This document shows positions 10,113 through 18,598 of a stretch of 64,000 nucleotides of DNA, one piece after another. Origin of the DNA: Bacteroidales bacterium UBA4772. Its GTDB lineage: Bacteria; Bacteroidota; Bacteroidia; Bacteroidales; VadinHA17. The stretch is taken from assembly GCA_002403305.1 (NCBI GenBank), contig DHHM01000017.1:29298-93297 (forward strand), given 5' to 3'. A program made the translations under genes and the position numbers. Below the pieces are notes generated by a model, which was given only the letters and a program-made list of their open reading frames with translations, had not been told where the DNA came from and made no database searches. Within the stretch, counting starts at the first letter, position 1, and the number at the start of each line of letters is the position of its first letter.

Positions 10113-10514
10113 ATGAAAAAGGCATTATCATTTATCGTGTTTCTTTTGCTTGCTATTGCATGCCAAAAGAATGAAGTTGAACTCACTGTCTCATCTGAAT
10201 TAAAAAGTTATCAGGAGGAAACAAAATCAATCTCATTTTGTGATTCCATGTATATAATTAAAGATACTCTTTCATGGAGGAAATTATCCGGTGATGAGAA
10301 ATTAAAAGCCTGCCAGTTAACTGATTTAACATTGGACACAATTTCTACTTCCGATTTGGTAAAAACATGCTTTAATTATCCGCTTTACTTCGAATTCTCA
10401 TTGACAAATGACGAAGAAAAGTCGATTTCTTACATGATTGATTCTTATAATGGATTGACAGAGCTATCGAAAAGATCTGATGGTGCTAAAGAATTAATGG
10501 AATTATATTCATAG
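10113..10514 (+). CDS. lipoprotein N-terminal module (ends at an in-frame TAG; same frame as the next ORF)
   Basis: Signal peptide plus lipobox LLLAIAC. The stop TAG at 10512-10514 is followed three codons later by the in-frame ATG of the next ORF. Confidence 0.5.
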   Translation: MKKALSFIVFLLLAIACQKNEVELTVSSELKSYQEETKSISFCDSMYIIKDTLSWRKLSGDEKLKACQLTDLTLDTISTSDLVKTCFNYPLYFEFSLTNDEEKSISYMIDSYNGLTELSKRSDGAKELMELYS

Positions 10515-10523
10515 ATTCCTGTT

Positions 10524-11462
10524 ATGAGTGAGAATAATAAATACAATTCTGATGAGCCAGGCATGCCATTCCGACTTAGATATTTAGAGTTATTACTGAC
10601 AAATAGCACATTTATGAGGCAATTGGATGAAGCAGGCAAAGAATCATTAATTACTCTATTCGAGAAAAAACGAAAGGAAAAACTGAATAATCCAGAAATT
10701 TATGGTAATTACAGTACAGAAAATATCAGTGGTTATATAAAGAAAATATTAATAATTCAGGAAGCTGTAAAATATTATTTTCTTGGTACTATATATGTTT
10801 ATACTCCATTCAGGAAAAGCGTAACAGGAGATACTTATACAGACTTTACATCCACTGAAAAATATTACGCCACAAAAAATGTTCTTGATAATTACAATGT
10901 TGTTTTATTGGACAGTGCCACACCAAAATACAATTGCCACAGTTATGCCTGGAATCTATCAAACGGTGGAGATACGTGTTGGATAGAAGCTACCATTCAG
11001 ACCTTAAATGATAATCTTTCAAAGTATTGGACCAATGATTTATATTCTACACCCAAGCCAAACAATTCTTATGGCTATACAAGAGTTTTTTACTACAATG
11101 GGGACCATTCGGCATTGTCGCCATACGCTTCATATCAGTACACATCGAAATGGGGCTCTGGTCCATTAGTGAGACATTCTCCTACAGAAGTCCCTTCAGA
11201 ATATGACCCGTCTCACAGAACCTATTATGGCAACCCGGGCATTAACGGGGAGGAGTATATAATATTGGGTAACACGTATGCTTATATGGTTCTTCCAAAC
11301 ATGAATTATGCAACATATTCCTGGAGAATAGAAGAAGATGATGACAGATACAGTATAGTATCACAAAGTGGAAATACCGCTTATATTCTATTTACCAGGG
11401 GAGGAACATTTCCTATTTATTGCGACATTTATAATTCTTATAGTCTTAATGGTGGTTACTAG
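10524..11462 (+). CDS. hypothetical protein with conserved Cys/His pair (YNCHSYAW ... GDHSAL); probably the distal part of a split lipoprotein
   Basis: It has no signal peptide of its own and lies in frame with 10113-10514. The Cys...His spacing is reminiscent of a thiol hydrolase, but this is inference only. Confidence 0.45.
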   Translation: MSENNKYNSDEPGMPFRLRYLELLLTNSTFMRQLDEAGKESLITLFEKKRKEKLNNPEIYGNYSTENISGYIKKILIIQEAVKYYFLGTIYVYTPFRKSVTGDTYTDFTSTEKYYATKNVLDNYNVVLLDSATPKYNCHSYAWNLSNGGDTCWIEATIQTLNDNLSKYWTNDLYSTPKPNNSYGYTRVFYYNGDHSALSPYASYQYTSKWGSGPLVRHSPTEVPSEYDPSHRTYYGNPGINGEEYIILGNTYAYMVLPNMNYATYSWRIEEDDDRYSIVSQSGNTAYILFTRGGTFPIYCDIYNSYSLNGGY

Positions 11463-11468
11463 AAAGAT

Positions 11469-13997
11469 ATGAAGTCTTCATATTTAAGGGTATTTGCCTT
11501 AATCTTTTTACTCGGCTTCTACGGTTCAATGACGGGGCAGAAACGTGTAACAGTAAGCGGGAAAATATCCGGCTATGCAGGAGAAGCCCTTACGGGAGCA
11601 ACTATCATTGATGCACAGAATAAAAACAAAGGAACCTACTCAAACGCTAACGGATATTATTCTTTTTCCCTGACACCGGGAGAAGTGAGGCTTCTTTTTA
11701 GCTATGTGGGATATAAGGCTAAAGAGTTCATACTGATGCTGAAAAGTGATACTACGGTCAATGTCTCACTTACAGAAGATAACAGTATTGAGGCAGTCAC
11801 TGTTTATGCAAGGGAAAAATACAATAATGCCATGAACTCAAGAATGAGCGTCATAGAGCTGCCGGTAACACAGATCAAAACAACACCGGCCCTGTTCGGC
11901 GAAACGGATGTGCTTAAATACATCCAGCTTCTGCCCGGCATTCAAAGCGGAGGAGATGGAAATGTGGGACTATATATCAGGGGAGGTAACTATGACCAGA
12001 ATATGATCACTCTTGACGGGGCAACAATTTATAACCCTGAACACATGAAGGGATTTGTTTCAGTGTTCAATGCCGATATTCTTGACAGGGTTACAGTATA
12101 TAGAGGCTGTTTCCCGGCAATGTACGGATCACGCCTGTCAGGGGTGGTTGACATAGGGATAAAGGAAGGTGATCTTAAAACTTATCACGGCTCAGCTACA
12201 ATAGGGCTCCTCTCTGCCAAATTCAATCTTGAAGGACCTGTTGACAGCAGTAAAACTTCTTTTATAGTATCCGGACGGAGATCTTTTTACAACCTTATAA
12301 CAAGTGCTTTCCTGAATGCTGTTTATGATAATACCGATGCTTTGACACAGTTCACTAACATGTATTATTATGACATTAACGCCAAACTAAGCTGTAACTT
12401 TTCAGATAGTGATAAACTCTCATATAATTTCTATTTAGGACGTGATGAGATTGATTCCGATGGTAATAAAACTGAGTTGCAGAATACAGAGGATGATAAG
12501 GTATACTCTATCAGCAGTAAATATGACAATAAGAATATTTGGGGAAACATTGTATCTGGTCTAAAATGGAGCCATCTGTTCAGTGACAAACTATCATCAG
12601 GCACAATGTTGAACTATAGCAGATACCGGTACAATTTTACTGTAGCGTCCGACCAATCATATTCTGAAACCTATGTTGATGAAACCGGGGTTGATTCTTC
12701 AAATACTACAATATCTTCCGTGGGCTATCTGTCTGAAATTGATGATATTTCTTTAAATTATGATATCATATATGCCCCTTCCGACAGGCATACTATCATG
12801 GCCGGCATCTCAAATTCACTTCAGCTCTTTAATCCCACGGTCTCTGCTTATCGTTATTCGGAAACAGTGGTAAACGGTATTAAGACGGAAGATGTGACAG
12901 ATAATCCACAAGGAAATTCCCTGTTTATGAACAACCTGGCCTTATATGCGGAAGATGATATTGATGTTTCCAGGTTTCTCAGGGTAAATGCCGGGCTGAG
13001 GTTTAACCTGTATTTCATAACGGGGAGATCATACGCTTTCCCGGAGCCGCGCCTTAGTATGCGGATCTTATTGTCTGAAGGACTATCAATAAAAGGTTCT
13101 TATTCATTTCTTAGCCAGGGAATTCACCTACTCAGCAGTTCAAACCTTATAATGCCGTCAGATATATGGGTACCGGTCACCGGTCCAATAGAACCTATGA
13201 CCTCAGCTCTTTATTCAACAGGTATTTTCTTTGATCTGAAAAAAAAGGTCCATTTTTCTGTAGAGGGTTATTACAAGACTATGAACAATGTCCTTGAGTA
13301 TAAAGAGGGCGTTTCTTATATCAATAATTCTGATGGATGGGAGAACATGGTTTCTGTTGGATACGGATGGGCATACGGCCTGGAATTTTTAGTTCAGAAA
13401 AACACAGGACGTATTACGGGAAGCATTGCATATACCTGGAGCAAATCATTAAAAAAATTCGACAGCGCAGACAACATAGTTTATAACGGTAAAACATTTT
13501 ATGCACGCAACGATTGCAGGAATAATTTCAGCGCAAACCTCACCTGGAAAATTAGCATGAAGTTTGATATTTCCGGCACTTTTATATATAAAACCGGCAG
13601 CAGGGGAACTCTGGCCGAGACTATCTTAATTGCCAGAAATTTCATTATTTATACAAACGAAACTCCTAAAGGCGGAATTTATTCAAACAGTATGCCCTCT
13701 GGCACTTCTGTCACCAATCCTTCCGGTGCCGCCACATTTAACACGTATTATAAGTTATCATCATATTCTGTAAAGAATGGGTATAGGTTACCCGATTATC
13801 ACCGGCTTGATATAGGAATGAACTATCATTTGTACCATAAGAAGGGTCTGAGTACCATTAATTTCAGTATCTGTAATTTATATAATCACTTTAATGTTTA
13901 TTCAGTCTATCCTGCAAGTGAAGGATGTAATTATGTATTGAAAGGCTTGTCCCTGTTTCCGTTTATGCCGTCATTCAGTTATACATATAGTTTTTAG
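11469..13997 (+). CDS. TonB-dependent receptor (CarboxypepD_reg N-domain, plug, barrel)
   Basis: Signal peptide. CarboxypepD_reg-like VSGKISG...GATIID...NGYYSF. Plug motifs PGIQSGGDGNVGLYIRGGNYDQNMITLDGATIYN. Aromatic C-terminal residue. Confidence 0.85.
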   Translation: MKSSYLRVFALIFLLGFYGSMTGQKRVTVSGKISGYAGEALTGATIIDAQNKNKGTYSNANGYYSFSLTPGEVRLLFSYVGYKAKEFILMLKSDTTVNVSLTEDNSIEAVTVYAREKYNNAMNSRMSVIELPVTQIKTTPALFGETDVLKYIQLLPGIQSGGDGNVGLYIRGGNYDQNMITLDGATIYNPEHMKGFVSVFNADILDRVTVYRGCFPAMYGSRLSGVVDIGIKEGDLKTYHGSATIGLLSAKFNLEGPVDSSKTSFIVSGRRSFYNLITSAFLNAVYDNTDALTQFTNMYYYDINAKLSCNFSDSDKLSYNFYLGRDEIDSDGNKTELQNTEDDKVYSISSKYDNKNIWGNIVSGLKWSHLFSDKLSSGTMLNYSRYRYNFTVASDQSYSETYVDETGVDSSNTTISSVGYLSEIDDISLNYDIIYAPSDRHTIMAGISNSLQLFNPTVSAYRYSETVVNGIKTEDVTDNPQGNSLFMNNLALYAEDDIDVSRFLRVNAGLRFNLYFITGRSYAFPEPRLSMRILLSEGLSIKGSYSFLSQGIHLLSSSNLIMPSDIWVPVTGPIEPMTSALYSTGIFFDLKKKVHFSVEGYYKTMNNVLEYKEGVSYINNSDGWENMVSVGYGWAYGLEFLVQKNTGRITGSIAYTWSKSLKKFDSADNIVYNGKTFYARNDCRNNFSANLTWKISMKFDISGTFIYKTGSRGTLAETILIARNFIIYTNETPKGGIYSNSMPSGTSVTNPSGAATFNTYYKLSSYSVKNGYRLPDYHRLDIGMNYHLYHKKGLSTINFSICNLYNHFNVYSVYPASEGCNYVLKGLSLFPFMPSFSYTYSF

Positions 13998-13998
13998 T

Positions 13999-14958
13999 AT
14001 GATGAAAAGAGAGATTTTCATAATTCCGGTTTTTGTCCTGCTGCTTTCAGCCTGTGAAAAGACACTTGAATTCAGCGGCGGGATCACTGATCCGAAACTG
14101 ACGGTCTGTGCGCTGGCCAGTCCAGATACAACCTTTAAGGTTTATCTGTATCAATCACTCTTTTTTCTTGATATTCATACATATTCCTCTCAATTTTACC
14201 TGGACTCTGATGCTGCCGTTCAATTGTTAGTTAACGAAACTGATTTATACAGCACCTCTTCTGATACAATCGAAAGTATAGATCTTTCCGGTTATAAGCC
14301 GTTAATAAACGATGAACTGTCATTAACAGTTTCATGCGAAGGATATGAGACTGTTACAGCTCAGACAACCGTTTTGGAGAGACCTTCTTTTAAGATAACA
14401 GACCATTACTCTTTATACAGTAAAAATCCGGTAGAGGTAATGAGTGATGGAATGATACATCCGATTGATTTTTGGGGGACAGACACTGTTATGAATATCT
14501 CATGCATGATTAATGATCCGGGAAATGTAAGCAATTATTACAGGTTGAGTGTAAAAAGCATAGGGAGCACAAAGGAAGGCCCATTAGGGGTGGATGATTG
14601 GGCAACGGTCAAAGATATCTTCTCTTCAGATGATATACTTTTTGTTGATAACAATATATCTGTCTCAATTAACGGGTGGCCAGAGCACTTTTCAAATGTA
14701 TTTGATGACTCTCTGTTTGACGGAAAAGAATATACCTTTGCTGTAGAGTCAAGGCAAAGATCTGCTGCGTATTCATGGGTTGAGATTGAGCTTCAGCATA
14801 TCTCGGAAGATTTATATAAATACCTGAAGAGTGTTGAACTGGCACAATGCTCAACAAATGACATTTATGCCGAGCCAGTAAATATTTTCTCTAATGTTGG
14901 AAACGGCTATGGAATATTGGGTAGTCTTTCAGGCAGAAAGTTTTATTTACAGTTTTAA
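13999..14958 (+). CDS. DUF4249-type lipoprotein partner of the TonB-dependent receptor
   Basis: Lipobox LLLSAC. It lies immediately downstream of the receptor, and its size and position are typical of DUF4249. Confidence 0.65.
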   Translation: MMKREIFIIPVFVLLLSACEKTLEFSGGITDPKLTVCALASPDTTFKVYLYQSLFFLDIHTYSSQFYLDSDAAVQLLVNETDLYSTSSDTIESIDLSGYKPLINDELSLTVSCEGYETVTAQTTVLERPSFKITDHYSLYSKNPVEVMSDGMIHPIDFWGTDTVMNISCMINDPGNVSNYYRLSVKSIGSTKEGPLGVDDWATVKDIFSSDDILFVDNNISVSINGWPEHFSNVFDDSLFDGKEYTFAVESRQRSAAYSWVEIELQHISEDLYKYLKSVELAQCSTNDIYAEPVNIFSNVGNGYGILGSLSGRKFYLQF

Positions 14959-15081
14959 CTATTTCAATTAGTGTTCCAGTAATTACAGGCGTGCTCACCA
15001 AATAACAGATTCTATCCCTTTTGCAGGCAAATGTCATGAATGTATTCGATACAATCAACAGCAAGATGGACCAGAGACCTT

Positions 15082-15264
15082 TCATAATTCTGTGCGATAT
15101 ACCAGTTTATCATCTCCGGAACCGTAGAACTCACGCAGGGTGGCTTCGAGCTCATAGCCGTTCTTCAGGTAGAATTGCCTCGTCGGTTCATACAGCGGCC
15201 TGCCGGAGGTTTCCCAATGTGGGCTATAGCTCAATGTCCGGTCATTTACGGCAATTTGCTGATC
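15082..15264 (-). pseudogene. GNAT acetyltransferase C-terminal remnant
   Basis: My minus-strand translation reads ...RPLYEPTRQFYLKNGYELEATLREFYGSGDDKLVYRTEL*, a typical GNAT C-terminus. An upstream stop at 15265-15267 means no N-terminal domain exists. An ATGA overlap leads into about 20 codons of a membrane-protein start (MKGLWSILLLIV). Confidence 0.5.
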
Positions 15265-15684
15265 CTAGCTTCCCTGGCCCCTGACGCGGGAGTCATTGCC
15301 TATAACAAACTTACCGGAGCAGTATCATGGAAAACACCTTCGCTTGGAAATGTGGGATATGTCAGTCCATCAATTGTCAAAGTAGACGGCAAAGACCAGG
15401 TTGTTATGATTACGGCATCCGGCGGTGGTTTTGGAAATGCTGCCCGCACCCCGAGTAATGTCGTGGGTATTGATCCTCAAAACGGAGCTGTACTGTGGAC
15501 CTATTCAAACTGGAGTTCCTGGATCCCCACACCAAATGCTTTTGATGCCGGCCAGAACAAGATCCTGATCGTTGGTGCTTACAATGCAGGTGCTGCGATG
15601 AACCAAATTGAAAAAAGCGGTGACAAATACAATGTGAAGGAGCTATATAGAACTGCGGATTTTGGGGAGCACACAAAACTATAA
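15175..15684 (+). pseudogene. PQQ/BamB-like beta-propeller fragment truncated by the IS element
   Basis: Repeats of the type GVIAYNKLTGAVSWKT and GIDPQNGAVLWTY are present. The ORF ends exactly at the left end of the IS and has no credible N-terminus. Confidence 0.5.
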
Positions 15685-15745
15685 TACTCCCCTGAATTGA
15701 GACCACTGGTTAAGGTTAAATTTGATAACTTTAAACCAGTGCATT

Positions 15746-16033
15746 ATGAAATCGAAAAGACAAAAACATTCAGCAGCCTTTAAGGCGAAAGTAGCAATTG
15801 AAGCATTACAGGAGCGGGAGTCTCTCATTGAGCTTTCCAAGAAGTATGGTATCCATCCGAACATGATATCACGCTGGAAGAAGGAGTTTTTGGACCGTGC
15901 GCCGGAGCTTTTTGACAAGCCGGGCCAGGATAAGAAGTAGGATGCTGATCTCGAGAAATTATATACCAAGATAGGTCAGTTAGAGATGGAGCGTGAGTTT
16001 TTAAAAAAAAACTTGAAGAAGCTGGGTCTGTAA
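15746..16033 (+). pseudogene. IS3 orfA (HTH) interrupted by an in-frame TAG at 15938-15940
   Basis: MKSKRQKHSAAFKAKVAIEAL...WKKEF...PGQDKK*DADLEKLYTKIGQLEMEREFLKKNLKKLGL. The leucine-zipper-like tail continues in the same frame after the TAG. Confidence 0.75.
15998..16011 (+). promoter_or_regulatory. programmed -1 frameshift window TTTTTAAAAAAAAA
   Basis: The A-run lies at the orfA/orfB overlap. The orfB frame is -1 relative to orfA and is open from 16003. Confidence 0.6.
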
Positions 16034-16047
16034 CTGAACGTCTTGGT

Positions 16048-16857
16048 ATGGTTAACCGTGAAGAGCCGTTGAGTATCCGCTGCCAGTGCAACCTGGTAAG
16101 TGTCAGCCGGGGTAGTTTTTATTACAAGCCCCTGGGAGAGAGCGAGGATAATCTGAAGCTTATGAGACTGATGGATGAGCATTATCTTGAACACCCTACG
16201 GAGGGAGTAAAAAGGATGCGTGACTTTTTGCTTACCCTTGGTCTACTTGCCAATCATAAAAGAGTACGCAGGTTACTGGGGTTAATGGGCCTGATGGCAA
16301 TCTATCCCAAGAAGAACCTGAGCCGGCTTGGACAGGCGAAGTACATCAGACCCTATCTTCTGCGGGATCTGAAGATAGTTCGTCCGAACCAGGTATGGGC
16401 AATCGATATCACGTACATTCCTATGCCAAGAGGTTTTCTCTATCTGACGGCAATAATAGATGTTTACAGCCGCTATGTTGTCGGCTGGGGCATATCCAAC
16501 ACTCTTGACGCTAGCTGTAGCCTGAATGTCACAAAAGAGGCTATTGCCAGGCACGGGAAGCCGGAGATCATCAACTCGGATCAGGGAAGTCAGTTTACCT
16601 GTCATGACTGGATTGAGTACCTGGAGAGTGAAAAGATCAAGATCAGTATGGATGGAAAGGGTCGGGCTATCGATAACATCTTTATTGAAAGGCTATGGAG
16701 ATCTGTCAAACACGATTATGTTTACATTAAAGTACCCTCTGACGGTCTGGAGCTATACCAGGGACTCAAGGGATATTTTGATTACTACAACAACCGGCTA
16801 TGCCATCAGGGAATTGGTCGAAAGATCCCGGCAAGCCTGTACAAGTCTGTGGCATGA
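16048..16857 (+). CDS. IS3 orfB, DDE (rve) transposase
   Basis: Catalytic regions WAIDITY, INSDQGSQF and IERLWRSVKHD. In life it would be made as an orfAB fusion from 15746. Confidence 0.85.
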   Translation: MVNREEPLSIRCQCNLVSVSRGSFYYKPLGESEDNLKLMRLMDEHYLEHPTEGVKRMRDFLLTLGLLANHKRVRRLLGLMGLMAIYPKKNLSRLGQAKYIRPYLLRDLKIVRPNQVWAIDITYIPMPRGFLYLTAIIDVYSRYVVGWGISNTLDASCSLNVTKEAIARHGKPEIINSDQGSQFTCHDWIEYLESEKIKISMDGKGRAIDNIFIERLWRSVKHDYVYIKVPSDGLELYQGLKGYFDYYNNRLCHQGIGRKIPASLYKSVA

Positions 16858-17037
16858 TATTAACAGAAATTGGAGATGTTAACAAAAGAAAAAAGTAATC
16901 AAAAAAGAAAATGTGTTAATAACCAGAATAACTCTGCGAGTTATTTCCGGTTATGTAACACTGGATTACATCATCATCATAAGAAAACTTATATTTGTTA
17001 ACCTGTGGTCTGACAGAAGGGAGTACTTTATATAACC

Positions 17038-17076
17038 GGCTTGAGGTGGTCAATTATCTTTGGCTTGAAGTGGTCA
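17038..17076 (+). repeat. two 15-nt direct repeats GGCTTGARGTGGTCA spaced 24 nt start to start
   Basis: Read directly at 17038-17052 and 17062-17076. Confidence 0.8.
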
Positions 17077-17173
17077 TGGGGACAGGTTTTTCAAGCTTAA
17101 TCAAAAGCGTATATGAATGCTTACCAACCCCGGTTTTTCAAAATATTGCTAATGGTCGATCCCCATGTGAAAA

Positions 17174-17197
17174 CTTGCTAGGTTTCTTGCTAGGTTT
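17174..17197 (+). repeat. tandem 12-mer CTTGCTAGGTTT x2
   Basis: Read directly at 17174-17185 and 17186-17197. Confidence 0.85.
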
Positions 17198-17301
17198 TGG
17201 GGATAAATGGTATGAAAAGGTAGAAATATAAAGATTTTGTCATTACACATTAGTGTTGACATTCAATGTGTTAAGGTTATTTCTTTATAATTTGATTTAA
17301 T

Positions 17302-17343
17302 TCTGGATCAGAAGAGTCTAGGTTCGAGCCCTAGCGGAGCAAC
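17302..17343 (+). repeat. attR-like direct repeat (copy of the tRNA-Gln 3' half)
   Basis: 40/42 identical to 9816-9857. It lacks the 5' half of the tRNA. Confidence 0.85.
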
Positions 17344-17346
17344 AAG

Positions 17347-17375
17347 AAAATCCCGTGTATGCGGGATTTTTTTTG
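17347..17375 (+). terminator. intrinsic terminator (probably the original tRNA-Gln terminator)
   Basis: Hairpin AAAATCCCG-TGTATG-CGGGATTTT followed by a T-run. Confidence 0.65.
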
Positions 17376-17399
17376 CGACGTTGGGGCGAGAAGCTGCGA

Positions 17400-17416
17400 T
17401 CCCGATTTATCGGGAG
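17400..17416 (+). repeat. 17-nt palindromic element TCCCGATTTATCGGGAG, copy 1
   Basis: Exact copy at 17467-17483 and exact reverse complement at 56776-56792. Confidence 0.9.
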
Positions 17417-17466
17417 AGTAGTCCCAATAGCGAAGCGTATCGGGAAGCCCTACCGTGCCCCGGGAA

Positions 17467-17483
17467 TCCCGATTTATCGGGAG
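17467..17483 (+). repeat. 17-nt palindromic element, copy 2
   Basis: Identical to 17400-17416. Confidence 0.9.
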
Positions 17484-17656
17484 AATCGGGGGCGGAGCAA
17501 CTGCTGCCGGCCACCACCACCTTCTCCGGCGAACACGATTACCGGTCAGCGGGTTACTAATTTTTGCCCCTTCCTTGCAGATTGTCCTGAATTTGCTTTA
17601 ATTTTGGTATGGCTTTGTTGTTTAAAATGTCTGTATAGTCTCAACTTTCCCTTAAC

Positions 17657-18598
17657 ATGAAAAGGATTCTGCTCCTGGCACTTATCCTGACGGGTACTGT
17701 TTTCCCTGTATTCCCGCAGGATCAGATCATCACCCGCAACAATGATACCATTGAATGTAAGATCACAAGGGTGAACCGCAATGATCTCCTGTTTGAGATT
17801 GACACTAAAGGAGTCATCTCTTCGGGAAGAATCCCCTTCACCGAAGTAGTGAGCTACTCGGTTACTACAACACCATCCGACAGCAGGAGACCTGCCAGCC
17901 TACCCGGGGCACAGAGACCTGCCAGCCCCGTTGCCGGTCCCTCTCCGCGGCTGCGGCTGAGCCTGAACGGAGGAGCAGGGTATATATTCAGCAGCTCGGA
18001 GAAGGCCGAAGAGAGCATGGCGGCCTGGGGGATAGCAGACGACGATGCCGGAGCATATTATAATGATCTTAAACTCGGCATCTGCGGTAGCGGCGACATT
18101 ACGTTTATGGTGACACCAAGGATCGGCACAGGACTACGCTACAAATTCTTCTACACAGATGCAGGCGTCGAAGGCTTCTTCGACCCTAACGACGGGATAT
18201 ACCTGATGTATGGGACTTACAGTGAGCATATCTATGTCAATTTTGCAGGTGTTTCCCTGTTTTACACTGAACCGCTGGGCAGAAGTCAGAAATTCAGTGT
18301 CTACGCTTCATGGGCGGCAGGATTGACTCTCTACAGAAACGAAGCCGAAACCTTCCAGGGAAATCTCCTGATCACCGGTAACGCTTTAGGGATGGATGGG
18401 TCACTGGGTCTTGAATACCGCCTTACCCCCTCCATGGCTCTGGGTGCCGAACTGTCAGCCTTCAACTCCCTGCTCAGGAAGATTGAAATGACAGACGGAA
18501 CAAACACCGAGACCCTTGAACTTGAAAAGGAAAACATTGAAAATCTCTCAAGGTTCGAACTTTCTTTGGGAATCAGATTTTACCTGTGGAACAGATGA
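17657..18598 (+). CDS. putative outer-membrane beta-barrel protein
   Basis: Signal peptide, a Pro/Ala/Ser linker, alternating-hydrophobicity strands, and a C-terminal aromatic region RFYLWNR. Confidence 0.5.
   Translation: MKRILLLALILTGTVFPVFPQDQIITRNNDTIECKITRVNRNDLLFEIDTKGVISSGRIPFTEVVSYSVTTTPSDSRRPASLPGAQRPASPVAGPSPRLRLSLNGGAGYIFSSSEKAEESMAAWGIADDDAGAYYNDLKLGICGSGDITFMVTPRIGTGLRYKFFYTDAGVEGFFDPNDGIYLMYGTYSEHIYVNFAGVSLFYTEPLGRSQKFSVYASWAAGLTLYRNEAETFQGNLLITGNALGMDGSLGLEYRLTPSMALGAELSAFNSLLRKIEMTDGTNTETLELEKENIENLSRFELSLGIRFYLWNR

Larger units (their letters stand above)
15685..17025 (+). mobile_element. IS3-family insertion sequence
   Basis: Imperfect terminal inverted repeats: TACTCCCCTGAATTGAGACCACTGGTTAA at 15685-15713 against TTAACCTGTGGTCTGACAGAAGGGAGTA at 16998-17025. 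It has orfA, an A-run frameshift site and a DDE orfB. I found no target-site duplication. Confidence 0.85.
9858..17301. mobile_element. decayed genomic island inserted in the tRNA-Gln 3' end (no integrase present)
   Basis: It is bracketed by the 42-nt tRNA-derived direct repeats. The first ~5 kb is visibly more AT-rich than the flanks. It carries accessory surface genes, gene fragments and an IS3 element. Confidence 0.6.

Noticed and set aside
16995-17231. 78-aa ORF with an alternative start crossing the right end of the IS3 element
   Set aside because: It starts inside the IS terminal inverted repeat and spans the short direct repeats. There is no coding-like periodicity or motif.
17355-17660. 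101-aa ORF between attR and the barrel gene
   Set aside because: It runs across the terminator T-run and both 17-nt palindromic repeats. The Arg/Pro/Gly-rich product looks like translated repeat DNA.
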